Below the pieces are notes generated by a model that saw only the letters and a program-made list of their open reading frames with translations, had not been told where the DNA came from and searched no databases. From a virus: a DNA stretch of 64,000 nt. This document shows positions 27,988-40,400 of the stretch, in pieces (positions within the stretch are counted from its first letter, which is position 1; each line of letters opens with the position of its first letter). Made by a program: the position numbers and the translations under genes. The DNA lies in the IMG/VR virus record IMGVR_UViG_3300037189_022865, positions 26,597 to 90,596 of that record. The stretch is one strand, 5' to 3'.

Positions 27988-30900
27988 TAGCACTTATTTT
28001 TTTGATTATAGACTTCTATAAAGTCTGCTGTTTTCATTCCTTTTTCTAATTCTTGTAAAAAGGTTTTGTCAAAAGTAAACATAGTTAAATTAGTTCCAGT
28101 ATTAGCCGATACAAAAGCATACAGCCCATTACCAAAATAAAGTATATCTCCCTCTTTCTTTTTAGCAAGCGGTCCTTGTGCAGGGGTATAAACTAAACCA
28201 CTTGCATCTTTAGTTAAACTAATATTTCCAACCATTTCAACGTCTAATTCGTTTTCTTTAATTGCTATAGTTAGCTCTGGCGATTTTTGTTGAACATTAG
28301 TTGGCGGAAGTATTCTGTCTATATAATTCAATTTATTATAAAATAAATCTACAAGACCTCTATTTAATATTTTATACCGTCTAACCGAATCAAAAACATC
28401 TTTAGTTATAACTATTGTTGCTCCATCTTTTACTTTTTCATTTAATATCACGGCAGTTTCATCTAGTATATCTTGTTGTTGCTGCTCAGTTAAATCTTTT
28501 GGTATGTTAAAAAATGGTAACTTTATAGAACGTTCTTCTTTAGGAGAAATAACAATAGTAGATGCTTCTAAATCTTTACTTGTTCTTTCTTTTCTAAAAT
28601 ATTCTGATACCGTATCAACTACAACGGTAGCGTTAACATCGGTGTTAAGAAACTTTTTAAAACCTTTTCTAACCCTTTCAATTAATTGAGTCGAGTACAT
28701 AGGTCTTTGTTCAGTTGCTCCTAAAATATAAGTAGTTACTCCCTCAGATTCTTGTATATCTTTAACGTAATAAGCAGTGGCTGTTGTTGGATCTACAGAA
28801 TATAAATCAATTGCTAACACACGATCAAATTTTTGTAAAGATAGTTTTTTCTTTTTTAATCTTATTTTACCCCCTTGAATAATGCTACTATTAACAAGTT
28901 TATAATCTCCAAGATTAAACAAGGCTTTTAAATCAAACGATTTATCTAAATCGAAAAGAGAAAAATTATAAGCACTAGGAGTTTTATCCCCTATTTTTAC
29001 ATAGTAGGACATACCACTTCCAGGAGTATCTACAAGCATAAACACACCTTGATCATAATAACTTATAAATCTAGGGGTAGATGCGTTCGGCGCTACCGGG
29101 AAAACTAAATCATAGTGTACAGTAGAAACAGTATCTTCTTCTTGAGATGATTGGTAGTTTGTACTTCCAGCATAAATAGTTTTTTTGATTTTAGTTTGCG
29201 GCACTGGAACTTTAACTGTAACTGGTTTTGCTTTTGGAAATCTACCAATAAGATCTGGTCTGGCCCTAACTAACTGATACAAAAACTTGTCTTTTATACT
29301 CAATAGGTTTGCGTCAGTAGTGTAAGAATCTTTTGGAATAACAGATTCCATGCGAGCAGCAAAAGCTTTAGCAAAAGCAAATCCCCATTCGGGAGGAAAT
29401 ATTAATGAAAAACCGGTTTTTTCATAGTACATACTATCGGTCATCAAAGAGTATTTAAATAAATCTAATGCCAATTGCTTGCCACTAATAAATTTTCCAT
29501 CTCCAATTGGAACTTCTTCTGTATTATACAACTTTTCAAATCCGTCCCTAATTCTTTCTATTACTTCATCATCATCTAATTTGTCAGCTACTATCATAGC
29601 TCTATTAACGCCATTATAACTACTAAATTCTAGTGAGTTTACAAATGAGTTGTCATCTAATTCATTGTGTACTTTAAATAAAGTGTTTACAAATTCTCTT
29701 TGCCAAGCTCTAGCATTTTCAGCGTTTCCTTCAACATAATTTGAAACTTCGACATCCCCTATTTTAAATTTAAGATTGGAAGTTAAAAACTTAATTAATT
29801 CTTTCGAAACTTCTCCAGCCTTGTCCATAGAGTCATACGCACTAAATAAGTTTGCTTCTTTAGTTATATTTTCTACAAATCTTTGAACTGTTGGTGAATA
29901 TATATTAAATATTTGCTCCAAAACATTTCTAAAAGTTATTGCTGTTCTGTAAAGCGCCTTAACGTGTGGCAAATTTAATATGGCGACATTAGAAAAAGCC
30001 GAAGAATTAGAAGGCTCAACTTTTCTGGATGTTGTTTTTCTTATTACGCGGTTAACATAGTTAGCTCTAATTTGATTGTTAGCTGTGTACATCATAGAGC
30101 TGAATTCTTTAACAAACTCTAAAGCTTCTTCTTTTTCTATACCAGTGATTCTGCCAACTATTCTTTCTGCAATGCTCTTGATTTCTCCTCTAGTTCCAGT
30201 GGCCTCCCCTTTAAAGTGAGCTAAACTTTCTATGTTATCTATAAGCGAAGTTATCTGCCACATTTTATTCGGCAAATAACGAAGGCCTTTGTATATCATT
30301 GATTGTTTAAATGTCTCTTGACCAAGAGGTATCATTGCTCGCATAGTTTCTAAAAGAAACAAATTGGCAATAAGAGTTTCAGCTTCTGACGCTTGTCCAG
30401 TGTAAACTTTTTCTAGAAGTTCATCAGTTAAACCTTTAGTACTTTTACCTTGTTGGCCGTACAAACCAAATAATATACTATTAAGAGGTAAAAAGCTTTG
30501 TCCAGATATTTTTGTTTCGGAGATTTGTACGTTATACTCATCTTTTAATATTCTAGCCACTTCAGGCCACAAGTCTTCATTACTTGCGTAAGTTTTATGC
30601 AAGTCTTTACTTATCTCCTCAATACTTTCTTGTGTCCATCTTTTTCCTTCACTGATCTTAGCTATTACTGGAGATTTAAACATCAAAGATACTGAATTAA
30701 GAGGTACCCCACTAGCAAGAAGCGTCAAAAATATATTAGCATTTGTGTTTGTAATGCCCAGCAAGTGAAGCTTTTGCATTTTAACGTTGTCAATAGCAAG
30801 GTTAATTAATGTATCTATGTCTTCGAACACATTAGTACCATCAAAAGCTATGCGTCTAAATGCATTTAAAGCTTTTCCATTTCATTTTATAAAAGAAGAA

Positions 30901-31496
30901 GAAACAACTTCATTAGCTCCCTTACCAGAAAAGATTTTCATATCCGAAAATTTTGGATTCTCCCTTCCTGTTATTCTTAAGTGAGGCATCTTTTCGATGA
31001 GCCTTTCGATAGTTGGAGCATCATTTTCTTGCATTAAAGTTTTTATCTCCGCACTATTAACAGACATTACAGTTTTAGTTCTGGTGTCTAATATTTCTGT
31101 TGGAGGAGTAGCGTCAAATATATAACCAAACACTTTAGAGAAGTTAGCTACTATACCAGTAAGAGCAATACCGGAATAAGTGTTGTATCTTATTTTTTCT
31201 TGTGTGGAGTAATCGGTAAGATTTCCTTTTGGATTAAGTGCTTCGTCAGCTTGTTTTTTAGTTACATAACCACTTACTTCCTTACCATTTTTCTTTATTT
31301 CTAACCGAGTTCACAACTCCATTATAGACTCGGTTTTATTTATAAAATCATACCTCTCAACTATCACAGAAGCTAGTGGAGAAGGGGATTCTACTCCTTC
31401 AAGTAAAACCCCCATTCCTTTTTCCAATAACATTTGCTTAAGTTCTTCTTTGGTATATTCTACATCATTTATTATATATTTACAAGTTACTGGCAT
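27987..31496 (-). CDS. Virion RNA polymerase, C-terminal subunit, 1169 aa (TGA=Trp at 31313, 30884)
   Basis: Three track ORFs in one frame; GIALTGIVAN and INLAIDNVK match post-catalytic motifs of crAss-type two-barrel RNAPs. Confidence 0.75.
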
Positions 31497-34400
31497 ATCT
31501 GTTTAATTAAACCACTTTCTTCAAGAGTTTGTAGGAACTTATCATCATCTAATTTTTCGCTAAGTTCTTTTTTAAGCTCAGATCTAAGAGTTATTATTTT
31601 ATCAAATGAAATAGGTGTAAGAAGATCTTTTCTATTTTTCATGTTCCTCATATTCGTAGAGAAATTATGAACAATAAAGTTTTTAGCAGCGTACTCAGCT
31701 ATATCGGAAAGACTTTGTAATATTTTTTCTTTATCTTCAATAGCATTTTCAATTGCTTCTTTTTGAAGTTCTGATGCTCCTTGTAACTGTTTAGTTAATG
31801 ATTCTAATTGTTTATTTACCTTTAATATGTGTTTATCTAAATACTCATATAGTTTGTAACCATCAAAATCAATTAATTCGTTATTTTTAAATCCATAAGG
31901 CTCATTAGCCTCAACTATTAATTTAGGATCATCTTGATGTTCTGGATCTATTCCTTTAATAAGTTCGTTTAAGTTTATAGTTTCATTTGGGTAATCTTTT
32001 CTAGCTACAAATAATGTATCAATATCGTAGTCAGATCCATGATAATAAACTATTAACGATGGGGCAATAATAACGTTTCCTTTAGAACCTGGTGGAACTG
32101 GATAAAAACCAACAACTTTAAGTGGAACTAAAGAGTGGTAGTTTGATGTGGGGATACGGAAACCAATTATACCGTCTTTAATTTGTTCCATATATGGTCT
32201 ATATGTTTCAGGTAGTATAACTTCGCAAAATCCGTTTTCGTCGCGCCATTTAAGATTACGCATTACCCCATCAATTTCTACCGGTCCCAAATCTGCTTGA
32301 AGAACAAGTTTAGAACCTGGGAATCTAAAGCCGGTAGTTGCTTTTGTAAATATTGAAGATAAATTGGAAAGTACTCTATCTCCAATCAAAGGCATGTCTA
32401 ATGGAACCTTATTTTTTCCTGTTCCTAAACTGAGCATTTCGTATACATCTCTTGCTCCCGGAAGTCCCTGAAGTAACGAGGTAAGCATCCTGCGTATTTT
32501 GTTTTCAGTGCCTTTTGTAACACCACCTTTTCTAGTAAGCCTTAGTTTTCTAGATAAACCTCTTAATCCATTTTCTATTATAAATGCGTTTGCTTTGTGC
32601 ATTTCAAAAGTTTCTGCTGTATTTTTACCATTGGTATTCATCATAGCAGTACCTTGAGACTTATTAGCAACGCTACCTTCAACGCTCTTTGCCGGATTTA
32701 ACTGGAAACGTAAGTTCTCATTATTAATATTAACAATAGCTTTCTCGTCTAAACTTGAAGCAATAATTCTACCAGTTTCGTCTAATTTAGCTTTTACAGC
32801 AGGGCTACCAATTTTAACAGCAGAAGCGAAAACCATTTGGTCTACCCCTTTTGCTCTCATGGCATCTGCATAAGAAGCTAGGTGAGGATATTGTTTTATT
32901 AACTCCGGAGTTAATACTTTAACAGAATATTTAATAGCTCTAGGAACTCCATTTTCTATGGAGAAATAAACAGGTTTTAATATGACGTCCGCTTTAGCGT
33001 CAAAACCATAAGCAGAGGCAAGTTTCTCGTAAAACTCCGGCAGCATAAATCCTTCAGCATCTGAAGCTTCATACTCTTGGTCATAAGAAGAAGCCAGCAT
33101 ATCGTGAAGTGTTGGGTCTACTACTCTCTTAAGATCTTCTACAACTAAAACTTTAGAGGTTTTTGGCATACCAAATTTCTCATCCACCAAAAGAGTATCT
33201 CCAGTAGCTGTTGCTATCTGGATACGTTTGGTTTGATCTTCTTTAGATTTATAAAAAGTTTCGTCTCCGTAAACTATTTGGGATAAAGAATATTGGTTGA
33301 TTACATAGTTGTAATAAAAATACTCTAGTCCTTTTTTTACAGCAGCATTTTTCTGTTTAAAAAATCTTTCTTTTTCTTGATCAGTTAAATTGTTATCCCA
33401 TTTAGGTATTGTTGCTAGTCCAAGCAAAGAAGATGCTTTACTAATTGCCCAAGTAGGTATCTGAACTTCTGGAGGAGAATTTAATTCTTCTTTAAAAGCT
33501 TCAAACAAACCGTTTTCCCCATTTACCATGTTAGCTACATGTTGTTTAACTGCTTTTAAAGCTTGCTGCTCGGTCATACTATCTACATTCCCACTTAATC
33601 CTGCAAATGTAAATTCTTTCCAACGCTCTCTATAAGTTTTAGAGTTATTAAGTTCGGGATGAACTAAACTTCCATCAGGATTTTTTGCATCTGGATCAGG
33701 TCTATTTTTTTGAGCTCGTATTATTTGTAATATGGCTTCATCAATAGTCTCTTGAGTTCTAAAGCTATTAACTAAAACAGCTTGAACGCTCGTACGGTTA
33801 GACGGAATTGGAAGAGCTTGATAATACTTACCTCCTCTATTTGCTAAAGTAACAAAAAAGTTTCCAGCAATATTTCTTTCTCTAAACTCTTTAAGATTTT
33901 CTTTTCTAAGAGTTTTAGCAAATTTAGAACCGTCTTTCCATTTAATAGAATCATGGTCCACAGTTTCAAATATGTCGTTCTTTTTTGTAAAGAAAATATT
34001 GTCTTTCAAAAACACATCATTACTAGAAATTTTACCATCTTTAAGTTCAAAAATAGATAACTTTTTAAATGGTAACTTTTCTTTAATTCTTTGGAATATA
34101 TTGAATACATCTGTTTGCCAAGATGCGTCTATCCAACCATATGCTTTTTTACCATCGCCTCTAGTGTAACTTCCGGATTCGGCTAACGTATAATGTGAAT
34201 TAATCATGTTAGCTATTTCGTCCAAAAGTCCGTATTCATTTTCAAGCAATTCTGTTCCCGTAATTCTATCTTCAGGATTATCGGATTCACTTTTTTGAGC
34301 TGCGTCTAAGGCTGCATTATATCTAGAAGATATGCCATCTATACTTTTACTAAGTCGTTCAAATACAGCTTCTTTTGAACTAACTGAAGCATCACCTAAT

Positions 34401-37400
34401 TTTTTAGTTACGCCTATGTCCTTTAAAAATGTATTAACAGCTTTAGTTTTATCCTCAATATTTTGACTGGCTTTTGCTTTTGCTATTTTTGTTTTTAAAT
34501 CCTGCGTAAATAAATCTCTTCTATTTTCATTAACGGCTTTTTGCACGTAATCATTAAAAGCAAACTCCACATTAGCTACAAAAGTTCTTTGTCCACCGCC
34601 ACTTCTTGCGATGTATCCAGACATTTTATAGACATACTTAAATCCTTTTTGCCAAACATATGGTTTAGATTTTCTAAGGGAACCAACAGAAGAAAGCAAT
34701 GATTTAATAAAATCTATGTCTTCGTACAAATAATAAACTTTAGCAACATTTTCTTTAGGTAAAGAAGTTATTTCTGCTATTTCATTAATTACATCATCTA
34801 CCTTTTTACCAGCCTCAATAACGAATTCTCTGTATCTAGTTGGATTACTTTCTAAATCATTTCTAGTTACTTGTGAAACATCTTCATTAAGGGTATCTAC
34901 TACTGCATAAATAAATTTATGGCTAGCGTCTTTTCTGAAAGAAATATTTTTGGGTAAATTTGGATCATTAAGCTTTTTCAAAATGTCAACAGCCATATTA
35001 GACATATAGTTATTAACAGCAACCTTAATGTTTGGTTTGTCTTTAATGTTGTAAGTAAAGGTTCTAGCCATTGCTTCTAGAGATTCTTTAAGGCTTCCCT
35101 TAGGTATTGAAGCAACTTTAGAAACAATGATTGTAAAAGCTGTGGATAAATCGGCGTAGTGTTTCTCGTTTTTAACAAAATACTCTATAGAAATCAAGCG
35201 TTGTTTAATAGATCCAGTAAGTTTAGTTTTAGGATCTACCAACATGCTGTCGTAAGTTTCATCAGAAATTCCAGCCATTTCATCATCTTCTTCCAATTCA
35301 GACATTTCATCTGCTGAAACTTCTTCTCCTCTTTCTAATCTAGCTGTTATGTCTTCCCTTAATATTCTAATTTCTTCTAACTTTCTATCTCTAATGTCTT
35401 TAAGAAACTCTATAAAATCAACCCTGTTATTTGCATCAGAAAAATAATCATTATTAAAATTATTTAAGAAATCTTTATTGTTAAGTGCTTTTGTTACGGC
35501 TCTTTTAACAGTATTAATTTGATCTGGAGTATAACCTTCTGGAAAATCTACAGCGTCCATATCTTTTACTGTTTGCAAATAAGCCATGGCGTCTACAGTT
35601 ATTTCAGCAAAAGATTTTACAGGAACATTTCCATTTTGCTCCGCCTTTCTTCTTTCTACTTGATCTCTAACTACTTTTTCTAATATAATATCTTTAACTA
35701 TTTTAAATTCATCATAGTTATCAAATACCGCTCTAACATTAACCGAAGATCTTTCTACAGATTCAAACCCCCTAACAGATTTATAAAACGTTTTATTTTC
35801 TATTAAGTTAAAAAATTCTTCTATAGAATTCATGTGGTTATAACTAAAGCCTAACAAACGCTTTAATTTTTCCCAAAGCCTAGACAATAATGACTTACGT
35901 TTGGTGACAACAAAATCTTCAAATTCTTCAGCAAGTGCTTCTTCTAAAGCCTCTGGACTTAGGTTTCCATACTTTTCTTGAGCTAAAGCTAAAGCTGCTA
36001 TTTGTTCAGAAGGTTTTAGGTATTCCCAAAATATTTTGTGAAATAATTCGTGCCTAACTACTTTTGAAGAAACGCCTCCAGAAGCAAGTTTAGCAAAGTG
36101 CAGTACGCCATTTTTATATAACCCCCAAACTTGTTTGCCTTGGTTATTAACAAGTTTACCATATTCAACTATATTAAAAAGTTCTCTTGGAGCATTTCCG
36201 GAAACAATTTCTCTTAACATAGAGAAAAAACTTCTAGGCGTATATCTATCTACAAGATTTTCCACTTCTTTCATACTAAGTGGGGTTCCTATATCTTCTG
36301 TTAAAAAACTTTTAGATCTACTCAGAGTTCCTTGTTTAATAACGTCTTTTAAAAATGATACCCAGTTATCATACGCGTCTTGGTTATTTATAAAGTCAAT
36401 TGCTAAATCGTCATCAATATTATACGCCTCTTGCATAATATCTGCAGCCTCAGCGTCTGCGTTATTGTTAATCCATTCTAACAAATTTTCAGCAAATCTA
36501 ACTACTTTATTTTCAGCAGCCGCCACTACTTGTTCTACTTTTTGTTCAATCTTATCGTCAGGAGTTTCTTCTATTACTGTATTAATATCTTCTGTTTTTA
36601 CAACTGTGTTATCAACTATATTAGTAAAAGCTGCGGCTAAGTTTATTTGATTATCCAAATGCTTTTGCCTAGCTTCTCTACCAAATTCACTTACACCTTT
36701 TAAATATTGACCATTTATGTTGCCGCCTTCTAAAAATGTGAAAATTAAACCATCAACAATCATTTGATAAATAATATCTTGCGGTAAACTTTCGTCAATT
36801 AAAAGAGGTCTATATGGTATCCCTAATTCGTCTGCAACTTCTTTATAAGCCGCGCTAATTTCGTTTATTCTAGGAATTATTTTAGAGACGTCTGTATTAT
36901 ATTTAACTACTAGTTGTAAAAATTCTTCTGCAAATCCAACCCCTCTATAATTATTTGCCCCGTAATTTTTTCTAACAAAACTTAGCAATGGAAACAAATC
37001 TTTGGGAGAAACAGCTGTAACTCCTAAAAGCTTAATTAAAACGGAAGCCCTTAAAAAAGGTGTTGGTATTGAAGCGTAAGGTTTAAGGTTATCTATTACA
37101 CCTACGGAATCAATTAAATCTTGTTTAACCATTTCCTTAGTAGTAGTTTTTATTCCTAGCCTACTTTGTACAGCTGAAAGTATTTTATTATTTACTTCCG
37201 TTTCGTAATACAACTTTTCTTTAGCGTTCTTTCTAAACTTTTCAAGAGCCTCTTCTAAAGTGTTACTTTTTAATGTGGATATAAATTCTGCTATTTCTTC
37301 CTGTGGAAACATTTCTTCTATAGTGTCGGCAGAAATAGTGTCTATTCCAGCAGCAACTAATAAAGCGTATTTTCTACTTCTTACAGTTTCAACTTGTTCA

Positions 37401-40400
37401 GTCGGAACAGCGTTTTTATTTTTAGCTACTATTATTCTAGTTTTATCTATTCTAGATAAATGACTCACAAATTGATTTACGGGTTGATTCTCAATGTTAG
37501 TATCCTTATTATTTACACTGTTAGGAGATGGGGTTCTTAATCCAAATCCTCCAGATATTTTGGTAAGATTACCATCGCTATCTTTAGACCCTATGAAAAT
37601 ATCAGATAAATCTTCACTAGTTAAAATATTAGAGTGAGGTATTTTTGTTGGATCAGATATAACATTAAGATAATTAACAATAGCTTTATATCTAGCTGAT
37701 TGCTCTAAGCCTCTTTGTTCTAAAGACGCCGCGTAAGTTCTTAATCTAGATTTCAAATCCTCTGAAATTAAAGGATTATTTGCTCCTCTGTTATCTCTTC
37801 TAATAAAAGTTATTGGCCCTAGTAATGTGGCAGCTTCAATACTTGTATTTGATTGTGTACCATTAGCTGTAGTTGTATAGTTGACTTTATAATTTCTAAG
37901 TAAAACTAGCTTACCAGCTCTCTCCCCTTGATCTATAGAAGCTACTAAGTTTTGAGATCCTATATCATTAAAAACACTTTGAGCAGCACCTTTAAAAGCC
38001 CTTGTGTCATGCTTCCATTTTCCTTTGTCGTCTTTAACTCTATTTAAATCGCCATGAATTAAAAAGTCAAGTTCTGAAGCAAGTTCTAATAGTTTTGGAT
38101 CAATGCTTTCTCTTTTTAAATCTGGAAAAAGATTTTTAAAACCTGCTTGTTTATTACTTAACAAAGTTATTGTTTTCATAGATTCATCGTGATGAGCATC
38201 TGAAAAAACTTTAACTAAAGTATGCATAGGAAAAAACTGCATGTTTTGATAAACAACAGGTTCCCCAGCTTTTATCTTTCTATAAACATCCGGTAAATAA
38301 GCGGATTTAAGTAAAAGATCTTCAAACTGTTTTAACTTATCTATAAAGTCGTAAAGCGGTTTGTATTTCTCGTCATTACTGTTAACTGGTTTTGTTGCTA
38401 ATTGTATGAACTGAGGTTTAACAACATTCCCAGTTTTTAACTTGATGTTTTGTATTATTAAATAAGGTACTCCAGGTCTAGGTAATTTACTTGCAGGTAT
38501 GTCTTTTCCAAATACTTTTCTTGCATCGTTTATACTTTTAAAAGCTATTATTTTACAATACCTAGAAAAGTTTTTAATAACTTCTTCAGCGTTTTCTAAA
38601 GCATCTCTCCCCCAAACTTGGTCTATATATTTTTCAAGTAGTGGTGCTCTAGAAATTTTACCGTCAGAATCTAGCATATCTGCTAAGTCTTCTTGTGGTT
38701 TACCATCGTATGTGTATTTTATACTTTGACTTCCTTCTTGTACGTACAATGTTTCGTGACCAGTAACTTGTCCATTTATTTTATAAATGTTATACAAGTT
38801 TGTATTTTGTAACGTAAATTCTGGAAGTTTCGAAGTATTTATACCAACATTTCTCTCGAAATCTCCAAGTTCTTTGTCGTTAATAACTCCAACAATTTGA
38901 TAGTAAGTGTTCCCGCTATCACTCCCTGTTATTTTTTTTACCAAAACAACACGCTTTGCCTCTTCTCCAGTAGCCTTTCTAGAATTATCTATAAACACCA
39001 TTAACTCATCTCCAATACTTAGTGGAGGTATACCGGAATCTTCGTTTCCTTCAAATATAGTAAAAGCTGGATTTTCTAAATTATACGGTTGAGACTTTTG
39101 AGAAACCCCTGTAGGTGGAGTACTGGGTGGTAAATTATTGTCAAAATTAATAACGACTGGTTCATTTATTACATGGAGTCCAGATTCTTCTTGTGGTTGT
39201 TGATCAAAACCCACTGAAGTTCCTTCGTTATCTGTGGCAGTTTTATTTTCTCCCGGAGCGTCTGGAGTTTCGTCTGGAGTTCTTTCTTCACTAGGTTTAA
39301 CTGACTCTTCTTTAGAGGCTGGTCTAGTAATATCAACAGAAACATTTCCAGTTATTTCTGAGAGTACTTTTATTTGCTCATCTAAGTTTTTTATAGCTTC
39401 TTCCGATAAATTATCTTTTTTAGGATAGGGGGCTACTTTAGGATCTACAAAATGTGTTGCTCCTTTAGTGTTAGCAAGCTGCGCATATGATGTTGCTCTT
39501 GAGGTTGCTGCATACATCCATTGGTTGTATATTGTTGGATTAGAAAAGTTTTTATTATCTTCAACAGATATATCAACGTATACCTCATCAACCGTGATTC
39601 CCATAGCACTTGGTGCTAAAAGAACGTCAGCGTCAGGTAATGCTTTTTTATACTGCTGTAATTTTTCTTCGTTACCAACAATAATAACTCTACTTCTTTG
39701 TGGATTAGCTGCCTTAGATTCTGCAAACTTTTTTACAATGCTTGTACCTGCTTCTGCATAAGTACCAAATATATTAATCATACTAACCGATGGGTCTAAA
39801 GAAGACGCAGTTGGTATTTGACTAATTGGCGTGTCAGATTTAAATGCATTTTGTAAATCAACAACTTCAGAAACACCAGAACGATACGTAGTAGATAGGG
39901 GTGTTATTTGTTTTAAATTTTGCGATAATGCTACAGAATGTCCTAAGGGATCTCCTTTAGGAGTTCTTTGTCCTTTTCTATATTCAGCTTTAACCTCTTC
40001 AGTTCCTTCATAATATTCTTGTTCAGTAGTAACAAAGTTTGCTATATAGTTATCATCTAAAGCTGGCTTAGATATATTTCCAGAAACAGGTTGATTAGGG
40101 TCGTATAAAAATAGATATTTAACTCTGTTACCTTTAGTTGTATTATTATACTTATTTACAGCTCTAACAAAATTGTTTATGTCCCCCCTATTTAAAGCCC
40201 CAGCTTCATCTACTATAATAAATTTTACTTTTGGGGACAATGTTCCGTTTTCTAATTCAGTGGTTAAATCCGTTATTTTCTTTGGATTATCTGGATGTCC
40301 CAATGATTCCGCAATATTTTTTGCAGCTTTATCATAAGCAGCCGCACTTGCAATTTCTTCATTAGCATACCCCATTACATATTTAAATAGTTTGGAAACT

